Shown in pieces: positions 1-12,607 of a stretch of 64,000 bases of DNA (the first letter of the stretch is position 1; every line of letters begins with the position of its first letter). Source of the DNA: Geosiphon pyriformis uo1 (taxonomy: Eukaryota > Fungi > Glomeromycota); assembly GCA_016748015.1 (NCBI GenBank), contig JAAOMT010000369.1:62001-126000 (forward strand), given 5' to 3'. The translations under genes and the position numbers were made by a program. Below the pieces are notes generated by a model. The model ran no database searches, was not told the origin of the DNA, and saw only the letters and a list, made by a program, of their open reading frames with translations.

Positions 1-1770
1 TTCCTTTTGGTCTTATGATGGAGTGCCTATGTCTAAGGTTTTGGGTGAGTCAAGGTTTCTCAGATTTCTCCCTTCCCTTCGGTGGTATGGTATTGCCTTT
101 GTGGATCAACTTTGCGACTGTCATGGTGCTATTTATAATTGGCATACTTTCAAGTAGTGGAAGAGATTGGATCTCCGTGGCCCAGTTCCTGAGTGGTTCA
201 AGCATTCTGTTTTGTTTCTCAATAGTGTGGGATCTTCTCACGCTCAGTCTTTTGTTTTGGGTGATGGTGATCCTTCGAACATTTTTAAGTCTAGTGAATT
301 TATGTCTGTTTGTAATTGTCTCTTGGCGACTGGTACTAGCAGCCTGTCAGTATATACGAATAGGTCTCTCAGTAATCTTGGCATGGTTGGCTGTAGAGCT
401 GGCACTGCTGTTTTTTTTGAGGACATTGGTTTGGATTTGGGCATTAGTGTATTGGGTTTGATGTTGTCTACTTTGGTGGAATTGCAGACTGTTGTCTTAG
501 CTCTGGAGTGTGTTCTCTCATCAAGCTCTGTTTGTTTGTTTTCAGATAGTCAATTGGCTTTGGATGCTTGCAGATCAGAGTTGGGTCTAGTGCATCCCAA
601 TTTTCGTAATCAGTGCTGGGTCAAACATCATCATATTGTCAATGTAATTTGCAGTAAGAAGTTGAGGGTTAGTTTTCACAAGATAAAGGGTCATTCTGGT
701 GTTTCGGGAAACAAGCATGCTAACACGATTGCTGATACCACTTCTTTTTCCAATTGGTATCTTCCTCCTCACTTGAGTGAACACTTCTTGTCGGCTGATG
801 GTGATATTGTTTCTGGAAATTCAAGACATTTTGTTCGTGATATTTATCGTTCTATTTGTCGTGCACAATGAGAGGTTGGTTCTGGTTCTGGGGTTTTGGT
901 GGGCAGCTTGTCTTTTGAGATTAATTGGCCCCATTCATCATTGGTATGGCATTCTGATTTGCACATGGCTGCAGGTTTCACCAGCAGGTCTTCATTCAGT
1001 ATACATACTTACTTTATAAAGTCTTTACACCATTAGCTGCTGGTTGCTGTTTGAAAGTGCCTCTACAATAGACATTATCCTAGCGTGTTGTGCTTGTATT
1101 GTGGTGAGGTGGAGGTGTTGGATCATGTGTTCTCTTGCAAGGTTGATGAGTCTGTTTGATGTCAATTGTTGGATTCTCATGTAGGGTCCTGGAAGGTGTT
1201 TTCTGGTTCCTCTCATTCTTCCTCAGGTATATTACAGCTGTTATCTTCTGGTGTTTCTGATTCCTTTGTGTCCATGGCTCTTTTTAAGGACTTCATTTTC
1301 AATGGGTGGTTTTGCGAGGCTGTTTCCGTTTTTCATGACCCCAAAATTGCTATTTTGGAGATTGTCAAGTTTGTGCACTCTCTTGGTCTTGCTTTCAAGG
1401 AGGATGTCTGGTCAGTTCATGTTAAGCATTGTGTGTATATGAAGAAGAATGGTCTGATCCTGCTAGATAGTTCGGCCATCATTTCGGTTCATGGTTTGGC
1501 TTCGAGGTTCTCTGCAAGAGTAGTTAGGTTACTTGGCATCACTAATGCTTTGGGTGTTCATTTTGGTTTTCGCAAGTCTTGCTTGTTTTTTTCAGGCATA
1601 GGTGATTCGGTATCAGTTCATATAGCTGGGTAGTGTTGTTCTGATCGGCCCAAGTGGCTGGTCATGTGTAGATAGTGCATGATTCACGCTTAGTTTAGAT
1701 CGATTTCTCAATATATAGTGCTAGGTAATATTTGGACCTCACTCGTTAAATAATAATAATAATAAAAAAA
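1..1770 (+). mobile_element. LINE copy A, 3' part: ORF2 RNase H and C-terminal Zn finger, 3' UTR and (TAA)n/A tail; runs off the window start
   Basis: RNase H motifs SVYTNRSL, ELQ, FSDSQ, KIKGHSG..GN..AN in ORF 167-871. CLYCGEVEVLDHVFSC near 1090-1140. ORF2 stop at 1633, then the conserved UTR and A-rich tail. Confidence 0.9.
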
Positions 1771-1964
1771 TTAAAATAAATTTTTTTTAACTATTTCATA
1801 AAAAATTTTTTACAATTTATTATTAAGTAAAATAAAAAATTATAAAACTATAAAATACATACTAAATTATTAAAAAAACAGATTTTTTGCAATTAATATT
1901 TTTATAAATAATATAATATAAATAATTTATAAATATATTATTATAAAAATTTCTTTTTTTTTAT

Positions 1965-3220
1965 ATTCAAAATTCTCCAAAGAACTAACTTAATAAAAAA
2001 AAATTATTTTCATATTTTTTTCTGTTATTTTATTTTTGCAGTTTTTTAAAACATAAATTTTTTTATTATTATTTTAACAATTATTACTAATAGTATTATA
2101 TTCAAAAAAAAATCAGCTTATATTATTGCTTTAAGCTCGATAAATAGAAATTTAATATAAAAATCTAAAGTATTAATTAATAAGATAAAACACTCAGATA
2201 ATAAAGCAAATTTAAAGTTTAAGATATTATTATATAATATTAGTTAATTTAAAAATATGAATACTTTTTCTAATAATATAATTAAAAATTTGATTATATA
2301 TAATATTAGTTATAATACTAAAAATAAAAGTAAGGAGTTTTTGGATTTTTGTACTAATATTTTAAAGACAAAACAATTTAATTCTAAAAAAATAGTAATT
2401 TTTTTTTGGTTTATATAATTTTAGCTTTAATAATAATAATAATGTTTTTAATTTCTATTACTTTTGTTAACTAGTTTTATTTTGCATTTAAATATTTATA
2501 TTAAAAAAAAAAGCTTTAATTAAGTCAAATTATTTATGTTAAATGTTAATTTTTTGGCTATATTTAACAAAAACCTAAATAACAAACTCAAATTTGTAAA
2601 ATAAATTTTCTATAAAATCAATGATTTTAGAAAAGTATTAACTTTTTTAAAATTTAAAGCATTATTAATATATTATTTATGTTCAATACTAGTTTTAAAA
2701 CTACTAAACAGCTAACTATAAAAAAAATCAATATTAAATTAGATTGGAAATTATAATTAAAAAAATTCTATAGATCTTTTTAAATTGGTACTTGAATTAA
2801 TATTATCTAGATTTAATAAAATTGTTTTTATTAAAATATAGTTTATTGGTTTTTGGCAAAATACTTTAATTGAGTTTAAAAATTTTGAAATTATTAATTT
2901 GGTTGTTTTCAAATAATTAATTTTGTTAAAAAAATTTAGTATATATTGTTAATATCAATACTAATAAATTAATATAGAATTTAAAAAACTATTATTATGC
3001 TTTATTATATATTTTACTAATATGCACTACTGTTTATAATATTTTAAACTTAGTTTAATTTTATGATAAGAAAATATGTTTTATGTTCTGTAATTTTGTT
3101 TTCTATATATAATATACTATGCTGTTATGTGTTTTAAGTTTGTTAAAGATAAGGATACTATTATTTATTTAACTTTTGTTTTTAAAAACATTGACTTGGT
3201 TTGGACTGGTTTATTATAAT
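1965..3220 (+). pseudogene. Heavily decayed LINE 5' end and ORF1 remnant
   Basis: Translates with many stops to KSKVLINKIKHSDNKANL and IGFWQNTLIEF, matching ORF1 of copy C (QKSKVLLKKIKHLGNEADL). Start resembles the 5' end at 62116. Confidence 0.65.
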
Positions 3221-3284
3221 TAAATAATTTATATTATTTTATAATTTTTTTATTAAATTTATAAATCATAATAATAATTACTGA

Positions 3285-5101
3285 ATTTATAATGAATTGA
3301 ATTAAAGCAAAATTTTTTCATCTCTTTTTTAACATATTTTCTATAATTTTTTTTTGTGTAAAGTCAAAAAACAAAAAAAAGTGTATAATTATAAAATTAA
3401 TTTTAAGTTTATTGCTAAAACAAATTATGTTGAAATTCAAGTTAATTTAATATTATTTTTTATTACTAATGTCTTTGTTAATAACACAATTTGTGTAAAA
3501 AGCAGTTAAACTATTACTTAGTATATTTTGAATATTATGTGTGATTTTTTTCGAAATAATAATATTTTAATAATAATAAAACCATAACCATTTTTATTAA
3601 TTAAAAAATTAGTGTTTTTTTCTAACAATCAGTAGTTTGCTTATTTTAATTGTCAAAAAGAGAAAAATTTACAAATACTTAAGTATTTTTATGTTTATAA
3701 ATAATTTATTAAAGCTTAATTTAACCAAAACTTATTTAAATATTAGGTTTTTCACAGACAAAATTTTAAAAAAAATTATTATTAATAAACAGTTTTTATA
3801 TTTGGTCTTAGTAGTATTTTATTCTATTATTAGTTTTAGGATTTTATTTAATTTTATTTCTAATAATATATGTAATAAATAAAATACTCTAATTTATAAG
3901 AACTTAAAATTAAAGTCTAATTTGTTTTTGAACTTTTTAAGTAATACAATCTATTATTTTTTTTGTATTATTTAAAGACTTTTAAACAAATACAAATTGA
4001 ATACAAATTGATTTCTCTCTTGTGTTTTTTAAATACAAATAATATTATAAATTGGCTTTTTGGTTATAGATTCTTGAATCTTTAAGTATTGAATTGGTTT
4101 TTTTGTTATTTTTTGCTTTTTTTGGTTTGTTTTTATGTTAGTCCAATCAAAAATTTTTTGGCTAGTATAATTAAGATTTTTTGAGATTATAATTTGTTTT
4201 TGAATGGTTTTTTGTCTTTGGTATTTTAGTTTTTTAAGAGTATTCTAATGTTTATGGTTTTTAATAATTCAGTTTTTTTTAAAATTTGTTATTTGATTAA
4301 ACATTTTGGCATTGCTTTTATTGAATAGCTGCATAATAAAAATGATAGAGTTTTTAACTAGAAGAATTTAAATATTAGAAATAATTTAATCTTTATGACT
4401 TAATTTTTTTATGGTTTTTACTAGTAGCAATATATTTGAATACTTTTTTAGTTTAACAAATTTTTTTTTTATAAAAATTATTTAGCTTTCAAATGTTTTA
4501 AGTTTTAATGAATTTTGTCAAATATGTAATAAGTTGCTAAATGCTAATTTTTTTATATTTTTATTTACATTGATAATTTTTTAAAAAGTTTGGATTTAAT
4601 AGACATAAAAACTAATATTGTAGTATTTTTTAATAGTTTATATTTTGGTATTAGTATTAAAGTATTTAGTCTGGTATTATTTATTTTGGCCAAGTTGCAA
4701 ACTATTGTATTGACTTTAAAATATATTTTTCTTTTTTGTATAGTTAAAGTTTTTTTAAATAATTAAATAATCTTAAATGTTTGTTTATCAAAACTGGTCT
4801 TGGTATTATCTAATTTTTATAACTATTATTAGATAAAATATTGTCATATTGCTAAAATAATTAATAAAAAAAATTTACATATGTTTTAATCTAAAATTAA
4901 AGACCATTTTGGTGTTTTTAATAATAATAAAGTTAATATATTGGTTAGTACTGTATTTTTTTCAAATTTGGTGCTTTTAACTAAAGTTAATGAAAAATTT
5001 TTAAGAGCTAATAGTACATATATGTTTAAAAATACAAGATATTTTGTTTATAAGATTTTTTAAACAGTTTATTATACTTATTGAAAAGCCAATTGTAATA
5101 T
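3285..5101 (+). mobile_element. Old host LINE, ORF2 remnant part 1 (RT through RNase H)
   Basis: Decayed NVFVNNTICV (RT FVDD region) and SKIKDHFGVFNNNKVN (RNase H), collinear with ORF2 of copy B. Confidence 0.75.
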
Positions 5102-5248
5102 ATAACAGATACACATAAAAAATCTTCTTTTTGTTAACCTCCAGACCACGACGAGACCTAAAGATTTTTTTGGAGAAATTGTTTTTTTTTCTTCTTTTCC
5201 CCTTAGTTTCTTTAAGCCATTTCTTCTACCGAACACCTTTTTGTTGTA

Positions 5249-7220
5249 ATGGAACTGGTGGGCTCATCTGCTGGAGGTTCTGGCTTGGTTTCGGCAGGTT
5301 TGGAGACCCGCCTAAATGCTAAAAAGAATCGGTTGGACAGTGTGTACTTTTGCAATGCATCTCACAAGAAACCAAAGAAGCCTGTTGTGGATAATGGTTT
5401 GATTGACTCGTCTATAGGCCTTTTAAGTTTGGTAAGTGTTGTCGGTGCTGGTGAGAAATCTGTGATATCTTGGAGTAGTGACATCAGTAGTGAAGTTAGC
5501 AGTGTCAGCAAACTGTCGGATGTCAAGAATATGAAGAACATAGTTATTGAAGAAACAAGCTATGTGGATTCAGACAACTTGGTGCTCAATAATGTCATGG
5601 ATAACTCTACGCCATGGAGAATATGCACTTGTACCTATGTGTTAGACCAGCTGCTGAAAGCTCCTTTGTTCACTAATCTAAGTGACAATGATAATAATGA
5701 CATTTTGATGCTCCCGTCACCCAAATTTGATGGTTTCAGGCAGATTCCAATTATCAGATTACATGTTTCGAATAAACAGAATTTCGATTTGGCCAAATCT
5801 TTTGTGTTGGACATTGATTTTTCTGCAGTGCTTGGTAAAACTTCCAGTAACAAATTGATGAATGTAAAAAAAATTTTTTATTGAATTGATGGTTTTGGGA
5901 GGGCATTGACTCCCTCAAAGTTTCCTGAGATCATTAGATCTTCATTTACTTCTGAGAAAAGTTTGATAAAGATGAGAGAAATGGCAGTCAGTGAGAAAAT
6001 CTTAGTTAATGATGATGTCAAAAAAGCAAACAGCCATTCAGATTAGGAGGTGATCATCAAAGAAATCTCAGTAGATCTTCACAGATTGGCAGTTGAATCA
6101 GTATTTTCTAAATTTGGTGAGATTGTGTCCATCAAGATACAGCTGATTGGTCTTTGGCAAAAGATTCTGGTTGAATTCAAATCGTTTGAAGTAGCCAGTC
6201 TGGTTGCATCTAAATAATTGGTTCTCATGGAAAAGAATTTGGTGCATGTGGCTTTGGCAGTTAGTGATAAACAAATGTGGATATTGAGAGATTAGCATTG
6301 GGCATTGTTTTATACTCTTCCAGTTGGCACTACTGCTCATGATCTTTTTGGTCTATTGGATTCATATAGTAGAAAGACCTGTGTTATTGGCCATAATCCG
6401 GTTACATATGTTTGAGATAGGTGTGCTGTTATTTGTTTTGCTGATGAAGCTTCCAAGTTGGCTGCTTTTGGTTCAGTTTCGGTTCTTAAGGAAGTGAGTT
6501 TGCACTGGGCTGGTCTTTCTCTGGCTCACTGCGCTGCATGCAAACAGTATGGTCATACTAGTGGAGTGTGTTTAGTAGGTGAGAATTCTGGTAGCTGTGG
6601 GAAAAGGGTGGTGACCAATCTGGATTGTGTTTGTTTGGCCAGTATTTATAAGAAGAAGCAGGCACCTATTACTTATCCAGTCTCTTTTAGTGGCAGAACT
6701 TGGGTGTCAGTAGTTGGTGCTCCTTCAGTATGTAGTTTTCATGGTAATGGTTCAATTCTTGGTTCCAACAAAGTTGGTAAACCTCTTCCTTCTGTTGTAA
6801 ATGATTTGGAAGAGTGTTTGGTAAATATTGAAAGCAGTCTCATCAGCTTCGCGGAACAAATTGGTGAATTGGCTAAGAAGTTGGATTCACTCATGCTGGC
6901 AGTTCCCCAGCCTAGCCCTGGATGTTAGCTGCCAGTGACCCCCCCCCCCCCCCCCCCCCCCNNNNNNNNNNNNNNNNNNNNCCCCCCCCCCCCCCCCCCC
7001 CCCGTTGCAGAATCAAGGGGAGGATATAGTAATGAGAGTGGATTCGGGTGATGCTACTGGTGATGAGACTGCTGCTGTTATGAGTTCAACTGCCTTACCT
7101 GAGGTTGTAAAATTGGAGAACATGTTGGAAGGTCTTGTTGCTTTAGTCATGAGCCTATTAGTGCACTTGAATGGTTTGGCTTTGGCAGGTGGTACTCCTC
7201 TTTTACCTCCTTTTCAATAA
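5249..7220 (+). pseudogene. LINE B ORF1 (gag-like, RRM-like region, CCHC knuckle), disrupted
   Basis: CAACKQYGHTSGVC knuckle and KFGEIVSIKIQLIGLWQK motif. In-frame stops and an assembly gap. Confidence 0.85.
6938..7003. other. Poly-C tract with a 20-N assembly gap
   Basis: Directly visible. The equivalent site in copy D is a short T run, presumably from a short C run. Confidence 0.95.
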
Positions 7221-10200
7221 GTGGTCTGGTATAGAAAATTGTTACATGTAATGTTCGTGGATTGAACAATCTTGCAAAGCAAGATAATATAATTTGTTGG
7301 CACAAGGATATGAACAATTAGGTTTCTATTTTTATAGAGTCAAAGCTTAAAAGAAAAGCTTGCCCATGGCTGACCAACAAATTTGATGGTGTTTGGGTTT
7401 TTATTTCTGGTCTGGATTCTGGTTCTTTGGGTGCTGGAGTGTTAATCATGGTGAATTCTTTTTTGGTAAAACATGTTTGCAAGGTCTCTGAAGTGTCTGG
7501 TTGGCTCCTATCCATCAAGTTGCTTTTCAAAATAAACTTTCAGTGTCTATTTTGGGGCTCTATGCTGGTGCTTCATCAGTGGTTTGGTTTTCTCAGGCTG
7601 GTAAAATCAACTCTTTCATTGCTAAAGCTATTAATAAGTCTTCTTTTGTTATTCTTGGTGGTAATTTTAATGAGAATGGTTTTCACAAATGTGCCAGTTT
7701 TAAGAAATGTTTTGATTTGGGTTTAATTAACTCTCTGGGGGAGAGCTCTTTTGTGAAGTCACTTACTTGGTGCAATTCTCATGGTATCTCTAAGACAATT
7801 GACTATGTGTTTGTTTCTTCTAATTTGGTTGGTGTGATAGTAGATTATGGTGTGGATGGCATTGAGAACTATTTTAATACCAATCACAAGGCTGTTTATG
7901 TTTTTGTGGGACTGGGTGGCCTGCTCAATGTTCGGTTAAACTCACTGTGCAAACAAGCAAATAGAGATCATTGAAAGTATGATATCAATAATGCCAGTAA
8001 GATTGAGTGGTCAGAATTCAGGAATGCTATGGCTGCTAATGCTATTATGTTCTCAGATAAGTTTGATGCAGCTAAGCAGTTTTCTGATCTGGATGCAATA
8101 TGGGACATTGTTTATAAGGTTATGGTTTTTTTGGCTGGTGGAATGTTCAAGAAAAAATGGTTTAAGGGTTTTAAGTGTGTTTTTAATAAGGTTTCTTCTC
8201 GATTTCATAAACTGGAGCTACTTGTGTCTAAACTGGTGAAGACTTCTCGGTCGGTTTCTGGCAGAGATTTTGCCTCATTGTTGGATACTTGGAACAGGAT
8301 AGATTTTGTAAGCACTTTGCCAGTGAATTCTCTGTTTCTTTCTGGCGCTGGTTTTGATGTGATTCATTCTGGGCTGGCTAAGGCAAAGAAGTTTTACTGC
8401 TCTTCTAAGTTGTTGGAATCTAAGCATGCTAAAGAATCTAGTATAAGACAGGCTATTAGAAGGAAAATGGAGAGTTTTGAAGTGGATAAAAGTCATACCA
8501 TTAGAAGTGTTTTGGAGTGTCTTTTTCGTAAAGTGGTGTTGGATCATTTGGTGAATGGTGGGGAGTTGGTCTTAAAGCCTGATTTGGTTAAGTTTAAGGT
8601 GGATGGAATTATGGAGGGTTGGACTAGAAAACGAGTGGTGGCTTCTGATATTTCTGGTAATTGGCCAAGGCAATTTTGGCCTTTGGATCATGTCTTCAAT
8701 AGTGCCTTCTCTAATGTAATGCATTCAATCAGTTTTGATGAGATGTTTGGTGTTATTTTAAATTTGCCCAATGGGAAAGCAGCTGGTTTTTCTGGTATTA
8801 TTAATGAACTTTGGAAACACTGTGATAAGTCAGTCTTGGATATGCTTTTGGTGTTCTTAAATTTTTGTTTGGGTTGTAAGTCAGTGCTTGGACCTTGGAG
8901 GGAAGCCTGAGTTTCGATGATTCCAAGTGGGAGGAGGTTCTTACAAATACCCATCCTATTGCTTTGATTAAAACAGCTCACAAAATCCTTTCCAAGATTC
9001 TTTCAGATCAGATCTCTCTGGCTTGTAGCACTTTTGATGTTCTCTGTGGAGACAATTTTTCTGTCCTGAAAAGTACATCTACTCAATCGCTTATCTTCAC
9101 TATTGGTTCAGTAATCGAAGATGCTTTAGAAAAGAACTGAGAATTGTGGCTGGTTTTACAGGATATATGCAAAGCTTATGATTCTGTTGGTTGGAAGCAT
9201 CTCAAGAAAAGTTTGGTTAGGATCAAAATGTGTGACAAATTTATCAGATTTTTTGGTAGCATTCATAATGGTTGCACTAACAAAGTGATAACAGATTTTG
9301 GTTTGACTGATGGATATTATGTTCATGATAGATTAGATTAGGAGGAGGTTTTTTTGCCACTTCTCTGGCATATATTTTATGACTCACTTTTGTGTGAGGT
9401 TAAGAAACAGGAAAGCATTTGTGATTACAGGTTGATTTTTCATTTCGTTTTTAAGACTGGCCAAATGGAATCTCAAGCTGGGCTGACGTCATTTCTGGCT
9501 GCTGGTGCTTTTGTTGATGATACTATCTGAGTCATTAGCAGCCAGGCTGCTACACAACACATCCTCAATGTTGCTAGTGATTTCTTTCGTTTAAATGACA
9601 TTTTAATAAACAATGACAAGACTGTGGCCATTTCTATCAACTGTCAAGTTGCTGCTCCTTGTCTGACTATTAGTAGTATGCCAATTTCCATCGCTAAAAG
9701 AAGTAAACCTCATTGTTATCTGGAGATTTTTTTGTCTTTTAAAGGTCTTTCAAAGCCTAGCTTGGTTAAGACACATTCGAATGTTCGGTTTTTCATCAAC
9801 TTTGTTCTGAGGAAAGCTATTTCAGATAAATAGTTTGCTTATTTGGTGTTTTCAGTTTTCTTTCCTATCATCAGCTACAGAACTCAGTTCAGTTTTATTC
9901 CTCTCAGTGTATGTAATAAGTGGGATGCTTTGATTCACAAAGGCCTGAAGTCCAAATCTGGGCTGCCTCTGGACTTTCCCAATGATGCACTTCATCATTC
10001 TTCCTTGTACAATTTAAGAACTTTTGAGCAGATTTAGGCTGAGAGCAAGTTGGCTTCTGTTATTGCTTTTGCAAATTCGGTTGGTGTTTTGGGTCACTTG
10101 TTTTCTCATAGGTCTTATGATCTCCAGGTTTTCAGCTGGCATCCTTATTACCCTTTGTTGTTTCCTGTTCATGTTAGAGTCAGCCCTTCAAACAACTTTT

Positions 10201-11894
10201 TGGCAGGTGTGGTTCATATTTTTTCTGGATGTGATTTGTCTTTGGGTGGTTTTCTAACTGGTGCTTTTCGTCTTTGGAGCGGTACTTCTATGTCTCTAGT
10301 TCTCAGCAAAACAATTTTTTTCAAATGTGTCTTTTCCCTCAGGCGTTATGGTATTGCTTTTGTAGAACAGCTGTGTGACTGGAATGGCATTGTTTTTAAT
10401 TGGAAGACTTTCAAGTGTTGGAAAAGACTGGATCCCCACGGCCCGGTCCCCTCCTGGTTTGATCTCTCTGTTCATTTTCTTGGTGGTGTAGCTTCTCCTT
10501 CTGATCGTTCCACTCATAATGGTGTTGGTAGTTCTTATAACATTTATCAGTCTCTTGGTTTTGGTGTTGTTTGTAATGATCTGTTGAATGTTGGTGCTGT
10601 CCGCCTATCTGTGTACACAGATGAATCTCTGAGTAACTTGGGCACTGTTGACATGTTAGCTGGGGCTGTGGTTTTCTTTAAGGACATTGATTTGGGTCTG
10701 GATGTGGAGGTTTCTGGTTTGGTTTCTTTTACTTTGGCGGAGTTGTAGGCCATTGCTTTAGCTTTTGAGTGTGTTCCTTCTTTTCATTCAGTTGACTTGT
10801 TTTCAGACAGCCAGGCGGCCATAGATGCTTACAGGTCAGAGTCTTTATTAGTTGGCCCTGATTTCAGAAATTGTTGTTGGATTGAGCATCGTCAAATTGC
10901 CAATGTCATTCATCGCAAAAATTTGGATGTCAATTGGATTAAGATTAAGGGCCATTTGGGTGTTTCAAGCAACAAATGTGCTAATGTGCTGGCTAAGGAT
11001 GCTGCACTTTCTGTCTGGCACCTGCTCTATTTGGTCAGTAAGAGGTTTTTGAAGGCTGGTGTTGGTATGGTTTCTGGCAATTCAAGGCATTTTGTTCATG
11101 ACTTATTCAGGTTGATCTATCATGCACATTGAGAGGTTGGTTCTGGTTCCTGGGTTGTTCCAGGTTGTTTGTGTGTTGATATTGACTGGTCAAGGTCTTC
11201 CCTGGTATAGCACCCAGATTCCCATATGGCGACTGGTTCTACTAATATTTGGACAGCTGGCTTTTATACATATTTTATAAAAGCTCTTTATTATTGCCTT
11301 CTTGTTGCTGTACAAAAGCATTTGTATGATAGAGGTTATCTCAGTGTAGTTTGTTTGTTCTGTGGTGAGGTTGAAGTCTCAGACCATATTTTTTTTTGCT
11401 CTTCTAACACTGATAGTCATGCCGGTTTGTTGGACACTTATACAGTTGCCTGGGAGGTGTGTTTTGATCTGTCTCGTTTTTTTTCATGCATATCGTAGTT
11501 GTTGTCAACTTGCATTTCAGATGTGACTGTCAGTACAATTCTGTGTAAAGGCTTTGTTTTTGGTGATTGGTATTACAAGTCTGTTTCTGTTTACAAGGAT
11601 CCTAAGGTGGCAGTGGTTAATGTTGTGAATTTTGTACATGAGTTCTGTCTTGTGTTTTATAATAATATCTGGCTGGTCTGTGTGAAACACCAGGCCATTA
11701 TGGAGAAGAATAAGCTGATTTCATGTGATAGTTCTATTCTTGTCACTGTTTCTGGTTTTTCTACGTGGCTTTTGGCTGGGATAATTAGGTTGTTGGGTAT
11801 TGATGATGTACTTGGCATCAGTTTTGGGTATCATAAGCGTTGTTTGTTTTATGCAGGTATTGGTGACATGGCTTCTATTCATATAAGTGCATAG
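7217..11894 (+). pseudogene. LINE B ORF2: APE endonuclease, reverse transcriptase, RNase H, Zn finger; disrupted
   Basis: APE: TCNVRG, ILGGNFNE, TIDYVFVS, TNH. RT: HPIAL, QDICKAYDSVGW, GAFVDDT. RNase H: SVYTDESL, AEL, FSDSQ, KIKGH. Zn finger: CLFCGEVEVSDHIFFC. Confidence 0.92.
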
Positions 11895-12023
11895 TGTTGT
11901 TTTGACTAGTCTAAGTGTTTGGTCACATGTAGCAAAAGCATGATTCGTGTCTAGTTTAGATTATTTGTATGATATATAGCACTAGGTGGCATTTGGACTT
12001 CACTCGTTAAATAAAATAAAAAA

Positions 12024-12607
12024 AATTGTAATATTAATGTTTTAAATTAAAATTTAATTAAAAATATAGATTAAACTGGTTTTTTATGAATGTAGTATTT
12101 AAATTCTTTTATAATAGTTGAATAGATAAATCAGATTTCTATAGATGTTTATTCTTATTTTATAAAAGTTTTTTATTATTAATTGTCTATGGCTGTCTGT
12201 AAATATTTATATAATAAATACTATTGCAATATTTTGTAATAAAATTAAAATTTTTAATCATTTATTTTTATGTTTATTAAATTTTATTGTTTATAGTACT
12301 TTATTAGTTTTTTAAACTATTATATAAAAATTCTTTTCTGTTCTATATTAGTTTTATCTTGTATGTTTTAATTATTGTTATTATGTTTATTAAATTTTGT
12401 AGTTTATATTGTTTTATGTAAAAAATTTGTTTTTAAAGCTTGGTTTATGAAAATTTTTTCTGTTTTTGGAAATTCTAAGATTTTTATTAATAAAATTGTA
12501 AATTTTATATGTAATTTGGCTTTGACTTACAAAAATAAAATTTGGTTTGTTTATTTTAAGCATTATATAATTATAAAAAAAAAGATTTAATTCTAATGAA
12601 TAATATT
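12024..12607 (+). mobile_element. Old host LINE, ORF2 remnant part 2 (Zn-finger region)
   Basis: Continues the sequence broken at 5101. LCKKFVFKAWF...KIVNFICNL matches the ORF2 C-terminus. Confidence 0.75.

Larger units (their letters stand above)
5102..12023 (+). mobile_element. Full-length LINE copy B (~6.9 kb), inserted into the old host LINE
   Basis: ORF1, ORF2, 3' UTR and A tail. TSD AATTGTAATAT at 5091-5101 and 12024-12034. The host ORF2 sequence rejoins across the insertion. Confidence 0.93.

Noticed and set aside
1634-1750. Hammerhead or HDV ribozyme in the LINE 3' UTR
   Set aside because: CTGA and GAAA-like words occur, but the CUGANGA core and the required stem arrangement are not conserved across copies.
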